A stretch of DNA of 50,678 nt from Pirellulales bacterium. Its GTDB lineage: Bacteria; Planctomycetota; Planctomycetia; Pirellulales; UBA1268. This document shows, piece after piece, positions 1 to 8,991 of the stretch. Below the pieces are notes generated by a model. It searched no databases. It was not told the origin of the DNA and saw only the letters and a program-made list of their open reading frames with translations. How positions within the stretch are numbered: the first letter of the stretch is position 1; each line of letters starts with the position of its first letter. Where the stretch lies: NCBI GenBank assembly GCA_030577455.1, contig JALIAA010000284.1, forward strand, positions 1 to 50,678. The letters run 5' to 3'. The position numbers and the translations under genes are program-made.

Positions 1-4
1 GAAG

Positions 5-76
5 CTCCCCGAGTAGGACTCGAACCTACAACCTAGCGGTTAACAGCCGCTCGCTCTACCATTGAGCTATCGGGGA
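5..76 (-). tRNA. tRNA-Asn (anticodon GTT); CCA not encoded
   Basis: Reverse complement reads TCCCCGA-TAGCTCAATGGTAGAGC-GAGCGG-CTGTTAA-CCGCT-AGGTT-GTAGGTTCGAGTCCTAC-TCGGGGA-G: 7-bp acceptor stem, D arm, GTT anticodon loop, GGTTCGA T loop; followed by CTTC rather than CCA. Confidence 0.97.
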
Positions 77-171
77 ATATGAAGGGATCTTGAACTCAAG
101 ACGATACCCAAAAATTTAATCGAAGGCGAGATGCACCATTTTTCGTTCTGCAAAAAACGATATGCCCGCCA

Positions 172-621
172 TCAGGTATCCCGAACCTTTTCCAGCAGAA
201 CACTATTGCCCTTCTCGTTGTACTCGACTCGAGTCATGAAATTATGAATCAGCATGACACCACGGCCATTTGGAACTTCCAGTCGGTCGTCCTGCGTGCA
301 GTCTGGCACTTCGTTTGGCTTAAATCCTTCTCCTTCGTCAGTGATTTCAATCCGTGCAACCGCAGGTGAGACAAAACATTCAACATGTACTTTTTTGTCG
401 GTATCAAGTTTATTTCCATGAACAATTGCATTTACAATTGCCTCTTCAGCAGCCAGGTGGATGGAAAAAATATCAGCACTGGCCCAGCCGTGCTCTCCAA
501 GCCTGTCGAGTAACTCTTCCATGATCAGTCGACTTGCACCACGTTCGCTCGGCAGATCAATAGACTTCTGCCATGCGGCTTGGTCAGAACTGCTGTCATG
601 ATGAGGAGACGATTCGGTCAT
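172..621 (-). CDS. Anti-sigma factor / Ser kinase, RsbW/SpoIIAB-like (HATPase_c_2)
   Basis: GHKL motifs EAIVNAIVHGN (N box), ITDEGEGF (G1), GRGVMLI (G2); 149 aa; directly downstream of a STAS gene. Confidence 0.9.
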   Translation of the reverse strand: MTESSPHHDSSSDQAAWQKSIDLPSERGASRLIMEELLDRLGEHGWASADIFSIHLAAEEAIVNAIVHGNKLDTDKKVHVECFVSPAVARIEITDEGEGFKPNEVPDCTQDDRLEVPNGRGVMLIHNFMTRVEYNEKGNSVLLEKVRDT

Positions 622-687
622 AGTAGCCGCACAAGTTCATTGCGGGAAAATAAGGGTGGTGGTTCCAGTAAGGGACGCTTTGAGCGA

Positions 688-1044
688 TCAACCAAAAGCG
701 GTCATTGCTTCTGTTTCGTCTTTACGAATATCAAAAACTTTATTCAGTTTTGTGATCTGAAAAACTTCGAAAATTTCAGGACGAATGTTACACATTTTCA
801 TTCGACCTTTGCTTGCCTTAACCTTGCGATCAAGCGTAATTAACTTGCCGAGTGCGGCACTCGAAAGAAACTCGACATTGGTAAAGTTAAGCAAAATATC
901 ACCCATCTTTTGCTGCTCAACAAGACCAAAGAGTTCAGCGCCGAGCTCTTGAATACTTGCCTCATCGAGAATCTTTTTGTCGTTGAAACTGACGATGGCG
1001 ACATCGTTGTTATGTGTGACGCCTATCCGTCGATACTGAGCCAT
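688..1044 (-). CDS. Anti-sigma factor antagonist (STAS, RsbV/SpoIIAA-like)
   Basis: LLNFTNVEFLSSAALGKLI phospho-acceptor region and IFEVFQITKLNKVF tail; ATG at 1044 preferred over the ORF-track start at 1059 because GGAGAA lies just upstream. Confidence 0.9.
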   Translation of the reverse strand: MAQYRRIGVTHNNDVAIVSFNDKKILDEASIQELGAELFGLVEQQKMGDILLNFTNVEFLSSAALGKLITLDRKVKASKGRMKMCNIRPEIFEVFQITKLNKVFDIRKDETEAMTAFG

Positions 1045-1515
1045 GCCGTTCTTCTCCAAGTCGTTTAAAAGCGAACAACCTCAAATGAAACACAAAGAAA
1101 GTTATTGAATCCTTCCGTAGTCTAACTCCGCATAATCAGCCCAGCGAAACTGCTCGCCGTAAAATGAGCCTGACACACAATGAAGCCATACAAACAGAGA
1201 GGTCGATAATCCTAGCGATTTTCTGAGGTGATTACCAATAAGGGTGGCGGAGATGACAGCGTATCAGGTGTTCATAATCGACATGCTTTCCAGCGTTCTC
1301 GGTGAGAAAAAGGAGCATCAGAAAAGAAGTTTTTGGTCATCTGTGCCGCCAATATGGCAGTCTGCCAGGATATTGCAGCTGTGAGTCTTCGCTGTGCCAG
1401 AAGAGCAGATCCTTTTCAGAAAAGACGGGTAGAAGCTGAAAAAACTCGCGGATTCACTCTTCACACGACCAGAAAAACTGCTCTTGACGAATTTTATTCG
1501 ATCCGCAATCAAATC

Positions 1516-1531
1516 TGGCGCGCGAGTTGCA
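1516..1531 (+). promoter_or_regulatory. Putative sigma54 (-24/-12) promoter of groES-groEL
   Basis: TGGCGC-GCGAG-TTGCA: GG at 1517-1518, exactly 10 nt, GC at 1529-1530; matches TGGCAC-N5-TTGCW with one mismatch; correct orientation, about 170 nt upstream of groES. Confidence 0.7.
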
Positions 1532-1552
1532 CTAGGGGTACGTGAGGATGTT

Positions 1553-1641
1553 TGCGAATGCCGCTGCGGCAGTCGCATCACCCTATCAGGGATGTTGGTA
1601 TCTCTCACCTAGAGGTTTGAAATCTCGAGCTCTGAGATACC
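1553..1641 (+). other. Structured 5' leader of groES (adjacent stem-loops)
   Basis: TGCGA-A-TGCCG/CTG/CGGCA-G-TCGCA (1553-1577); CCCT/ATC/AGGG (1581-1591); GGTATCTC...GAGATACC (1597-1604 with 1634-1641) enclosing GAGGT/TTGAA/ATCTC. Confidence 0.45.
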
Positions 1642-1701
1642 CTTCCCGCAGTAGTGTTTCGACGTTCCCTTTCAATCGGACTACATACAGAGGACCCCAG
1701 A

Positions 1702-2025
1702 ATGGCAGCCGCTGCGAGCAAGGCCGGGAAGGCCAAATCAACCCTTATCCCCCTTGGTGATCGCGTTGTTGTGGAACGCGAACAGAGCGAGCAGACAACA
1801 TCTGGTGGCATTCTTCTGCCAGATTCAGCAAAAGACAAGCCTGCCCGAGGCGTTGTTGTCAGCGTTGGCGAAGGCAAACTCGACGACAAGGGAAACCGTC
1901 ATCCGTTGCAGGTAAAGCCTGGCGATCGCGTGGTCTTCACGAGCTACGCTGGTGAAGCTTTTCAGGTTTCCGAGCAGGAACTTCTGCTGATGCGAGAAGA
2001 CGACATCCTTGCAGTCCTTGGTTAG
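1702..2025 (+). CDS. groS: Co-chaperonin GroES
   Basis: PLGDRVVV, TTSGGILLPDSAKDKP mobile loop, VKPGDRV, REDDILAVL; ATG 1702 preceded by AGAGGA. Confidence 0.97.
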   Translation: MAAAASKAGKAKSTLIPLGDRVVVEREQSEQTTSGGILLPDSAKDKPARGVVVSVGEGKLDDKGNRHPLQVKPGDRVVFTSYAGEAFQVSEQELLLMREDDILAVLG

Positions 2026-2091
2026 TCAAGCCCAGCGTGTAGTCGATTAATGACTGTTGATTCACATTTCCAACTTAAACCGTCCAAATAA

Positions 2092-3741
<1,650 letters not shown>

Positions 3742-3770
3742 TGCCGTCTGAAGCGTCACAATACACCTCT

Positions 3771-3825
3771 AGCAAGAATACAGGGTTGGGTTGCTCTCAT
3801 TGGGTGGCCCAACCCTCTTGCTTTT
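3771..3825 (+). terminator. Probable intrinsic terminator after groEL
   Basis: AGGGTTGGG...CCCAACCCT stem (3782-3816) extended by G-U pairs and by outer AGCAAGA/TCTTGCT; followed by an interrupted T tract. Confidence 0.65.
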
Positions 3826-3883
3826 CAGCACGGCCTGAGTTGGCTAGGCTGACTCTATCTTTGTTTTTGAGGGAGTACGAAAT

Positions 3884-4195
3884 ATGCCACAGCCGAGTTG
3901 TCCACTCACCAGCCAGCAGGTTGTTGATATCTACTTCATGGAGCATCGGGCAAAGCTTCTTGATGTTGCCGCCTTTCTTGACCGCCTTGAGCGAGCCGAG
4001 GGGCACGAGGGCCTGCAGGACGTGCGGGTGCGAGCCTTGAAAAAAGCGATCCCACTTTTACTTGATTCAAACTGTGAGAATCATGCAAACCGCACTCAGC
4101 GTATGCTTGAACTCTTAAGCGATCATACAACGGAACCAACTCCTGCTGCACACACACAGTCAGCACTTGGAGCCGATCCAAATACACAATACTGA
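3884..4195 (+). CDS. Hypothetical small helical protein (YFMEHRAKLLDVAAFLDR motif)
   Basis: 103 aa, RBS GAGGGAG, amphipathic helical pattern, 9 nt upstream of the TatD-family gene. Confidence 0.8.
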   Translation: MPQPSCPLTSQQVVDIYFMEHRAKLLDVAAFLDRLERAEGHEGLQDVRVRALKKAIPLLLDSNCENHANRTQRMLELLSDHTTEPTPAAHTQSALGADPNTQY

Positions 4196-4204
4196 GAACA
4201 CATC

Positions 4205-5014
4205 ATGGCCTATATCGACCCACATATTCACATGGTCAGTCGGACCACAGATGACTATCGCCGTATGGCTCAGGCAGGCTGTGTCGCAATTACTGAGCCG
4301 GCATTCTGGGCAGGGTTCGATCGTTCCAGTCCAGCTGGTTTTTATGACTATTTTCGTCAACTCACAGATGTAGAACCGAAACGTGCTGCACAATACGGTA
4401 TTGCCCATTACTGCTGGCTCTGCATTAACCCCAAGGAAGCTGAAGACCCCGCGTTCGCACGTGAGGTGATGAAGCTTATTCCAGAATTCTTGGATAAGCC
4501 GAATGTCTTGGGTATTGGAGAGATTGGCCTCAATAAAAACTCACGGAATGAACTGATCATTCTTGAAGAACAGATTGAATTAGCAAAACAACACGATCGC
4601 CTGATTCTTGTTCACACGCCACACCTTGAAGATAAACTCAAGGGAACACGAATGACGATGGATGCACTCATCAATGCCGGAATTGATCCGGGACGTGTTC
4701 TCATAGATCATGTTGAAGAGCACACCGTGGCAGAAGTTCTTGATCGTGGATTCTGGGCTGGCATGACACTCTACCCGGATAGCAAGTGCACGCCCCAGCG
4801 AGCAGTTGATATTATTGAATGTTACGGCAATGAACGTATCTGGATTAACTCAGCTGGTGACTGGGGCCCGAGTGATCCACTTTCAGTACCAAAGTGTCAC
4901 GTTGAGATGCGGCGACGTGGACATAATCAAAAGCTTGTCGAAAAAATTAGCTTGAAAAACCCACTTGCATTCTTGGGTCAAAGTGGTCGTTTTATCCTCC
5001 CGGAACATTCTTGA
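4205..5014 (+). CDS. TatD-family metallohydrolase, EboB-like
   Basis: IDPHIH, SRTTDDY, EPAFW, GIGEIG, VHTPH, IDH and NSAGDWG motifs typical of the EboB-type TatD subfamily. Confidence 0.85.
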   Translation: MAYIDPHIHMVSRTTDDYRRMAQAGCVAITEPAFWAGFDRSSPAGFYDYFRQLTDVEPKRAAQYGIAHYCWLCINPKEAEDPAFAREVMKLIPEFLDKPNVLGIGEIGLNKNSRNELIILEEQIELAKQHDRLILVHTPHLEDKLKGTRMTMDALINAGIDPGRVLIDHVEEHTVAEVLDRGFWAGMTLYPDSKCTPQRAVDIIECYGNERIWINSAGDWGPSDPLSVPKCHVEMRRRGHNQKLVEKISLKNPLAFLGQSGRFILPEHS

Positions 5015-5017
5015 AGC

Positions 5018-5539
5018 TCACGCTACCCAGCGGCTGTGCCCATCTCGAGTGCTCTGTAATTCAAGCGATCCATGAAGATGTGTATCTGTGGTGGGTGTCA
5101 GTTGATAGCCGAAGGAACGACACAATGCGATCGCGTAGTGATTCTCCTTCGAGATGAGAGTACGCACAGAGCGGGCACCGCGAATGCGTGCCAGGTCATG
5201 GAGCTGACTGCACATAGTGTGCGCGAAACCACGGTTCCGAAATGAGGGATGTACCGCAAGAGAAAGTTGTGGCGACCCAAGCGTGTCTTCCCACGATGAA
5301 AGAAATCCATAGACAACTGCTTGGCCACGAGTAAAGCCAAAGCGATGAAGATCCTTTTTTGATTGCGTACTTGTATAGAGCGTGTGGGTAAGCTGAGAAG
5401 GATTCTGCTGGGTCAATAAATAAGGCGGGAGCACGTGTTGATTGCCAGCTGCGAAAAGTGCTGCAAACAGCTGTTCAATTGCTGACTGATCAGATTGTTC
5501 CGGACCGCGGATGATCATGGCTGATCGTGTGTTATCCAA
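5018..5539 (-). CDS. GNAT-family N-acetyltransferase
   Basis: Acetyl-CoA motif LAVHPSFRNRGFA and ENHYAIALCRSFGY; the start may be ATG at 5518. Confidence 0.8.
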   Translation of the reverse strand: MDNTRSAMIIRGPEQSDQSAIEQLFAALFAAGNQHVLPPYLLTQQNPSQLTHTLYTSTQSKKDLHRFGFTRGQAVVYGFLSSWEDTLGSPQLSLAVHPSFRNRGFAHTMCSQLHDLARIRGARSVRTLISKENHYAIALCRSFGYQLTPTTDTHLHGSLELQSTRDGHSRWVA

Positions 5540-5824
5540 GGGCGTTGAGCTGCGTGTCTTTCAGAGCACGTGAACGAGGACACTCTCTCAATAGAAATAC
5601 CGAACCCGATATGGAAAGAAAAGCCCGGTATCTGCTTGAAAAAGAACCTATTTCACTTCCTTGTATGAATGAAGTTCTTCGAGAGGCACAAATCCATCGC
5701 TTCCAGGCGGGCTTTTTGAAGGCGGCTGGCACGGTGGTGCAGTCACTCGTCTCCAAAGATTTCTACCGAGCCATATGCTGGCAGTCCCAACAATAAAAAA
5801 GACGAGGATTTCCTGTAACATCAC

Positions 5825-7780
5825 TTACCACCCAAGTGCGGTACCGATTTGGAAAACGAAGAATGCACCAATCCAAGCGAGTAAAGTCATGTAGGAAAAT
5901 GACACAAGTGGCCATAACCAACTACCTGTTTCTTTACCAATAATAACTAAAGTGCTCGCGCACTGAGCACACAGTGCAAAGAAAACCATAATGGAAAGTG
6001 CTACAGGTAAGGTAAATACCTTGCGATCAGTGCCATCCCAAGTGGCTGCACGCAATTGGCGGATAAGCATGCCAGCGCCTTCTTCTTCTCCTGGGTCGAC
6101 ATCACCAAGATTGTAAATAACACCAAGCACTCCAAGTACCACTTCACGAGCAGGGAAACTTGCCACTGCCGCACAGCCAATCCGCCAATCCCAGCCCAGC
6201 GGTTTCACAACAGGCTCTATGAGATGGCCAGCCTGACCAAGAAAACTTTGTCGTAAGGCCTCCCCCTGTTGCTCCGCAGATTCTGGGTTCACACCAGCTT
6301 CAAGAACCGGTCGTGGAAAACTCCCAAGTGCCCATACGACGATACTCACGGCAAGTATGAGTGTCCCTGCATTTTTAAGGAACGATACTGCGGCTTCACG
6401 AACGCGTTCAGCAACAACAGCGAACTGAGGCCAACGCCAGCTTGGAAGTTCCAGTACAAATGGTTGTGGTGGCCCCCGAAAAATTGTACGAGAAAGGATA
6501 AAGGCGACGATTGCCGCAACAAGAACTCCGATGAGATACATGGCGGCCAAGACGACAGCTGGTAAACGAATCCAGGAATTTCCAACTGCAACATTCGGGA
6601 CGAATGCACTGCATAAAAGCAAATAGACCGGGAGTCGTGCCGAACAACTCATGAGAGGCGCAACAAGAATAGTCAATAATCTGTCGCGCCGATTCTCAAT
6701 CGTTCGGGCGGCCATGATGCCAGGAATTGCACATGCAAAACTTGAAAGGAGTGGGATAAACGATTTTCCAGAAAGACCAACACCAACGAGAAGCCTGTCC
6801 ATCAGGAAAGCTGCCCGGGCCAGATAACCGCAGCCCTCAAGTATCGCCACAAAGAGAAAAAGGATGGCTATCTGTGGCAGAAATATGATGACTCCCCCGA
6901 CCCCTGCAATGACGCCATCAACAACAAGCGATTGAAGGATTCCATCTGGCATGACGGATTCTGCCCATCCTGCAGTGAATTCAACACATCCGGAAACCAG
7001 GTTCATGAGTGGAGACGCCAACCAAAAGATGGAACTGAAAATCGAAAGCATTGTCAGGGCAAATACAACAGTTCCAAGCACTCGGTGAGTTAACACCGAA
7101 TCAATGCGATCACCGAGTGATCGGCTTTGTTGAACAGAATATGAAAGAACATCTTTCATGATTTCATCAATCCAACCATAGCGGGCAATCGCATCAGCTG
7201 AAGCAACAGGACGATCAGAGTCGACAGGTTTTGCAAGATGAGACGACAGTGATTCAGGGATTATCTGTCCTGACCGCTCAGATGATTGGATTAGTGCATC
7301 AGCAAGTTGATCAATACCTTCTCGACGAGGTGCCACAAGACGAATGACAGGACAGCCAAGACAACGCGAAAGTTTTTCTCGATTGATATGTATGCCTTTG
7401 GATTCTGCAACATCGCAGAGTGTGAGTGCAACAAGAACGGGTCGTCCAACGGCGAGTGCCTGACTGACAAGATAGAGGTTGCGGCTAAGATTTGTTGCAT
7501 CAGCGACAACAACAATACAGTCAGGTCGGTCCATGGCTGCCATGCCGCCATGCAGGACATCAACCGCAACCTGTTCATCAGGACTTTTTGCATTAAGACT
7601 GTACGTCCCTGGCAAATCAATCAGTTCAATGGTCTTGCCCTGATAATGAAATTGACCAACCTTTTCTTCAACGGTGACTCCCGGATAGTTACCGATTCGC
7701 GTTGGTATGCCAGCAATTGCTGAAAAGAGTGTGCTTTTTCCAGTATTTGGATTGCCAAGTAAGGCTACCGTCAGCTTCAT
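5825..7780 (-). CDS. feoB: Ferrous iron transporter FeoB
   Basis: GNPNTGKSTLF, GNYPGVTVE, DLPGTYSL G-domain; membrane domain with SFACAIPG, MSCSARLPVY and FFALCAQC. Confidence 0.97.
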   Translation of the reverse strand: MKLTVALLGNPNTGKSTLFSAIAGIPTRIGNYPGVTVEEKVGQFHYQGKTIELIDLPGTYSLNAKSPDEQVAVDVLHGGMAAMDRPDCIVVVADATNLSRNLYLVSQALAVGRPVLVALTLCDVAESKGIHINREKLSRCLGCPVIRLVAPRREGIDQLADALIQSSERSGQIIPESLSSHLAKPVDSDRPVASADAIARYGWIDEIMKDVLSYSVQQSRSLGDRIDSVLTHRVLGTVVFALTMLSIFSSIFWLASPLMNLVSGCVEFTAGWAESVMPDGILQSLVVDGVIAGVGGVIIFLPQIAILFLFVAILEGCGYLARAAFLMDRLLVGVGLSGKSFIPLLSSFACAIPGIMAARTIENRRDRLLTILVAPLMSCSARLPVYLLLCSAFVPNVAVGNSWIRLPAVVLAAMYLIGVLVAAIVAFILSRTIFRGPPQPFVLELPSWRWPQFAVVAERVREAAVSFLKNAGTLILAVSIVVWALGSFPRPVLEAGVNPESAEQQGEALRQSFLGQAGHLIEPVVKPLGWDWRIGCAAVASFPAREVVLGVLGVIYNLGDVDPGEEEGAGMLIRQLRAATWDGTDRKVFTLPVALSIMVFFALCAQCASTLVIIGKETGSWLWPLVSFSYMTLLAWIGAFFVFQIGTALGW

Positions 7781-7868
7781 GTTGGATCCACTGGTTGTTG
7801 CTTTGTTGTGTGTCGAGGTTGTGAGGAAGGCATCACCTAATCAACCGTTTCATGAGAAAAATAACCGT

Positions 7869-8093
7869 TCAGGTGGCAACGACCACCCGCGCAGCCTCAT
7901 TTCGCCGGATGGATAAGCGGTATCCTCGTAGTTCGAGTTCTATGGGGTCACCTAATGGAGCAGTACCCACAACTGTTACTTCAACGCCAGGTGTAAGCCC
8001 CATCTCCAACAGTCTGAGGGAGGTATTATCTTCACCAGAGATATCTAAAACGTGTGTTGTTGATCCAATATTCACTGTTGCGAGGGACCGCAT
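7869..8093 (-). CDS. feoA: Ferrous iron transport protein FeoA
   Basis: RLLEMGLTPG, APLGDPIEL, LSIRRNEA; directly upstream of feoB. Confidence 0.95.
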   Translation of the reverse strand: MRSLATVNIGSTTHVLDISGEDNTSLRLLEMGLTPGVEVTVVGTAPLGDPIELELRGYRLSIRRNEAARVVVAT

Positions 8094-8170
8094 ATATGGT
8101 TCCTGTGCGGGGTATTCAACCGAATCATATCCAGTGATCGATGGAATATCGTGATACTCTTCACCGTTTG

Positions 8171-8187
8171 TTGAGATGCAGTCTTGG
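8171..8187. promoter_or_regulatory. Possible iron-responsive (Fur-like) operator upstream of feoA
   Basis: TTGAGA-TGCAG-TCTTGG resembles a TTGAGA-N5-TCTCAA inverted repeat but the right arm matches only 3 of 6; support is mainly its position before feoAB. Confidence 0.25.
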
Positions 8188-8269
8188 GAAAGCGTATCCT
8201 AGAAAGGGCTGCCTGTACGGGCAAGAGTCCATATTGATTCACGGTCTTAAGGGCTGAAGATAAGACGTT

Positions 8270-8983
8270 ATGACAAAAGGTCTTTTTATCACCGGCACAG
8301 ATACAGATGTTGGGAAGACAGCAGTGGCCGTCACGATTTTACAACAGTGGGTTTCACAGCAGATTGATTGCCGAGCGTATAAGCCTGTGGCAAGTGGTGT
8401 TCAGTCTAGTCCATCAGATATTGATCGCCTGTGGTGTGCATCTGGAAATGCTGGTACGCGCGATGATGTCTGCCCGCAAGCTTTTCAGCTTCCTGTTGCA
8501 CCGGAACAGGCTGCCGCGGCTGAAGGAAGCAAGGTAGATGACACTCTGCTCCGTCAGGGTCTGTGTCCTCATATGCATGCAGACGTGGTTTTGATCGAGG
8601 GAGCAGGTGGATTATTTTCACCGCTTAGCCACCAGACACTGAATGCAGATCTGGCTCGAGATTTCCAAATACCTGTGGTCATCGTAGACAGCAGTCGTCT
8701 TGGGGCTATTGGGCGAACATTGACTACAGTGACTGCAGCTGAGTCAGTCGGTCTGACCGTTTCAGCAGTTGTGCTTTCTCAGTCAGAATCTGGCCACCAT
8801 GGAGAGACTCAAAAGCCGGAGAGCCCTGAAGTCATTGCACGTCAGTCGCGAGCAGAATTACAAAGAAGACTTCCACATATCGTTGTTTGTGGTCTTGGCT
8901 ACGATGCCTCAACAATTGAACCCTTCGTGGAGTGGCAAGCGATTGCGTCACAGTTGTCTATGCCTTCAAAGCCGCAGTTTTAG
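8270..8983 (+). CDS. bioD: Dethiobiotin synthase
   Basis: FITGTDTDVGKT P-loop, YKPVASG, IEGAGGLFSPL, RLGAI. Confidence 0.95.
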   Translation: MTKGLFITGTDTDVGKTAVAVTILQQWVSQQIDCRAYKPVASGVQSSPSDIDRLWCASGNAGTRDDVCPQAFQLPVAPEQAAAAEGSKVDDTLLRQGLCPHMHADVVLIEGAGGLFSPLSHQTLNADLARDFQIPVVIVDSSRLGAIGRTLTTVTAAESVGLTVSAVVLSQSESGHHGETQKPESPEVIARQSRAELQRRLPHIVVCGLGYDASTIEPFVEWQAIASQLSMPSKPQF

Positions 8984-8991
8984 AAGACAAC

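Noticed and set aside
1-171. tRNA-Asn as an island integration site
   Set aside because: Its 3' end points out of the window; no integrase or duplicated tRNA 3' end seen here, so it cannot be assessed.
1318-1608. Short ORFs in the STAS-groES intergenic region
   Set aside because: No clear RBS or protein-like features; they overlap the predicted promoter and leader.
1045-1701. CIRCE or sigma70 promoter for groESL
   Set aside because: No CIRCE inverted repeat; TTGACG at 1484 has only AATCAA at 17-nt spacing.
5727-5741. TGGCACGGTGGTGCA sigma54-like motif
   Set aside because: GG-GC spacing is 9 rather than 10, and it points at no supported + strand gene.
5532-5796. 74-aa and 89-aa ORFs after feoB as FeoC or an FeoB-associated protein
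   Set aside because: No winged-helix/Cys cluster or TM-plus-Cys pattern; probably non-coding.
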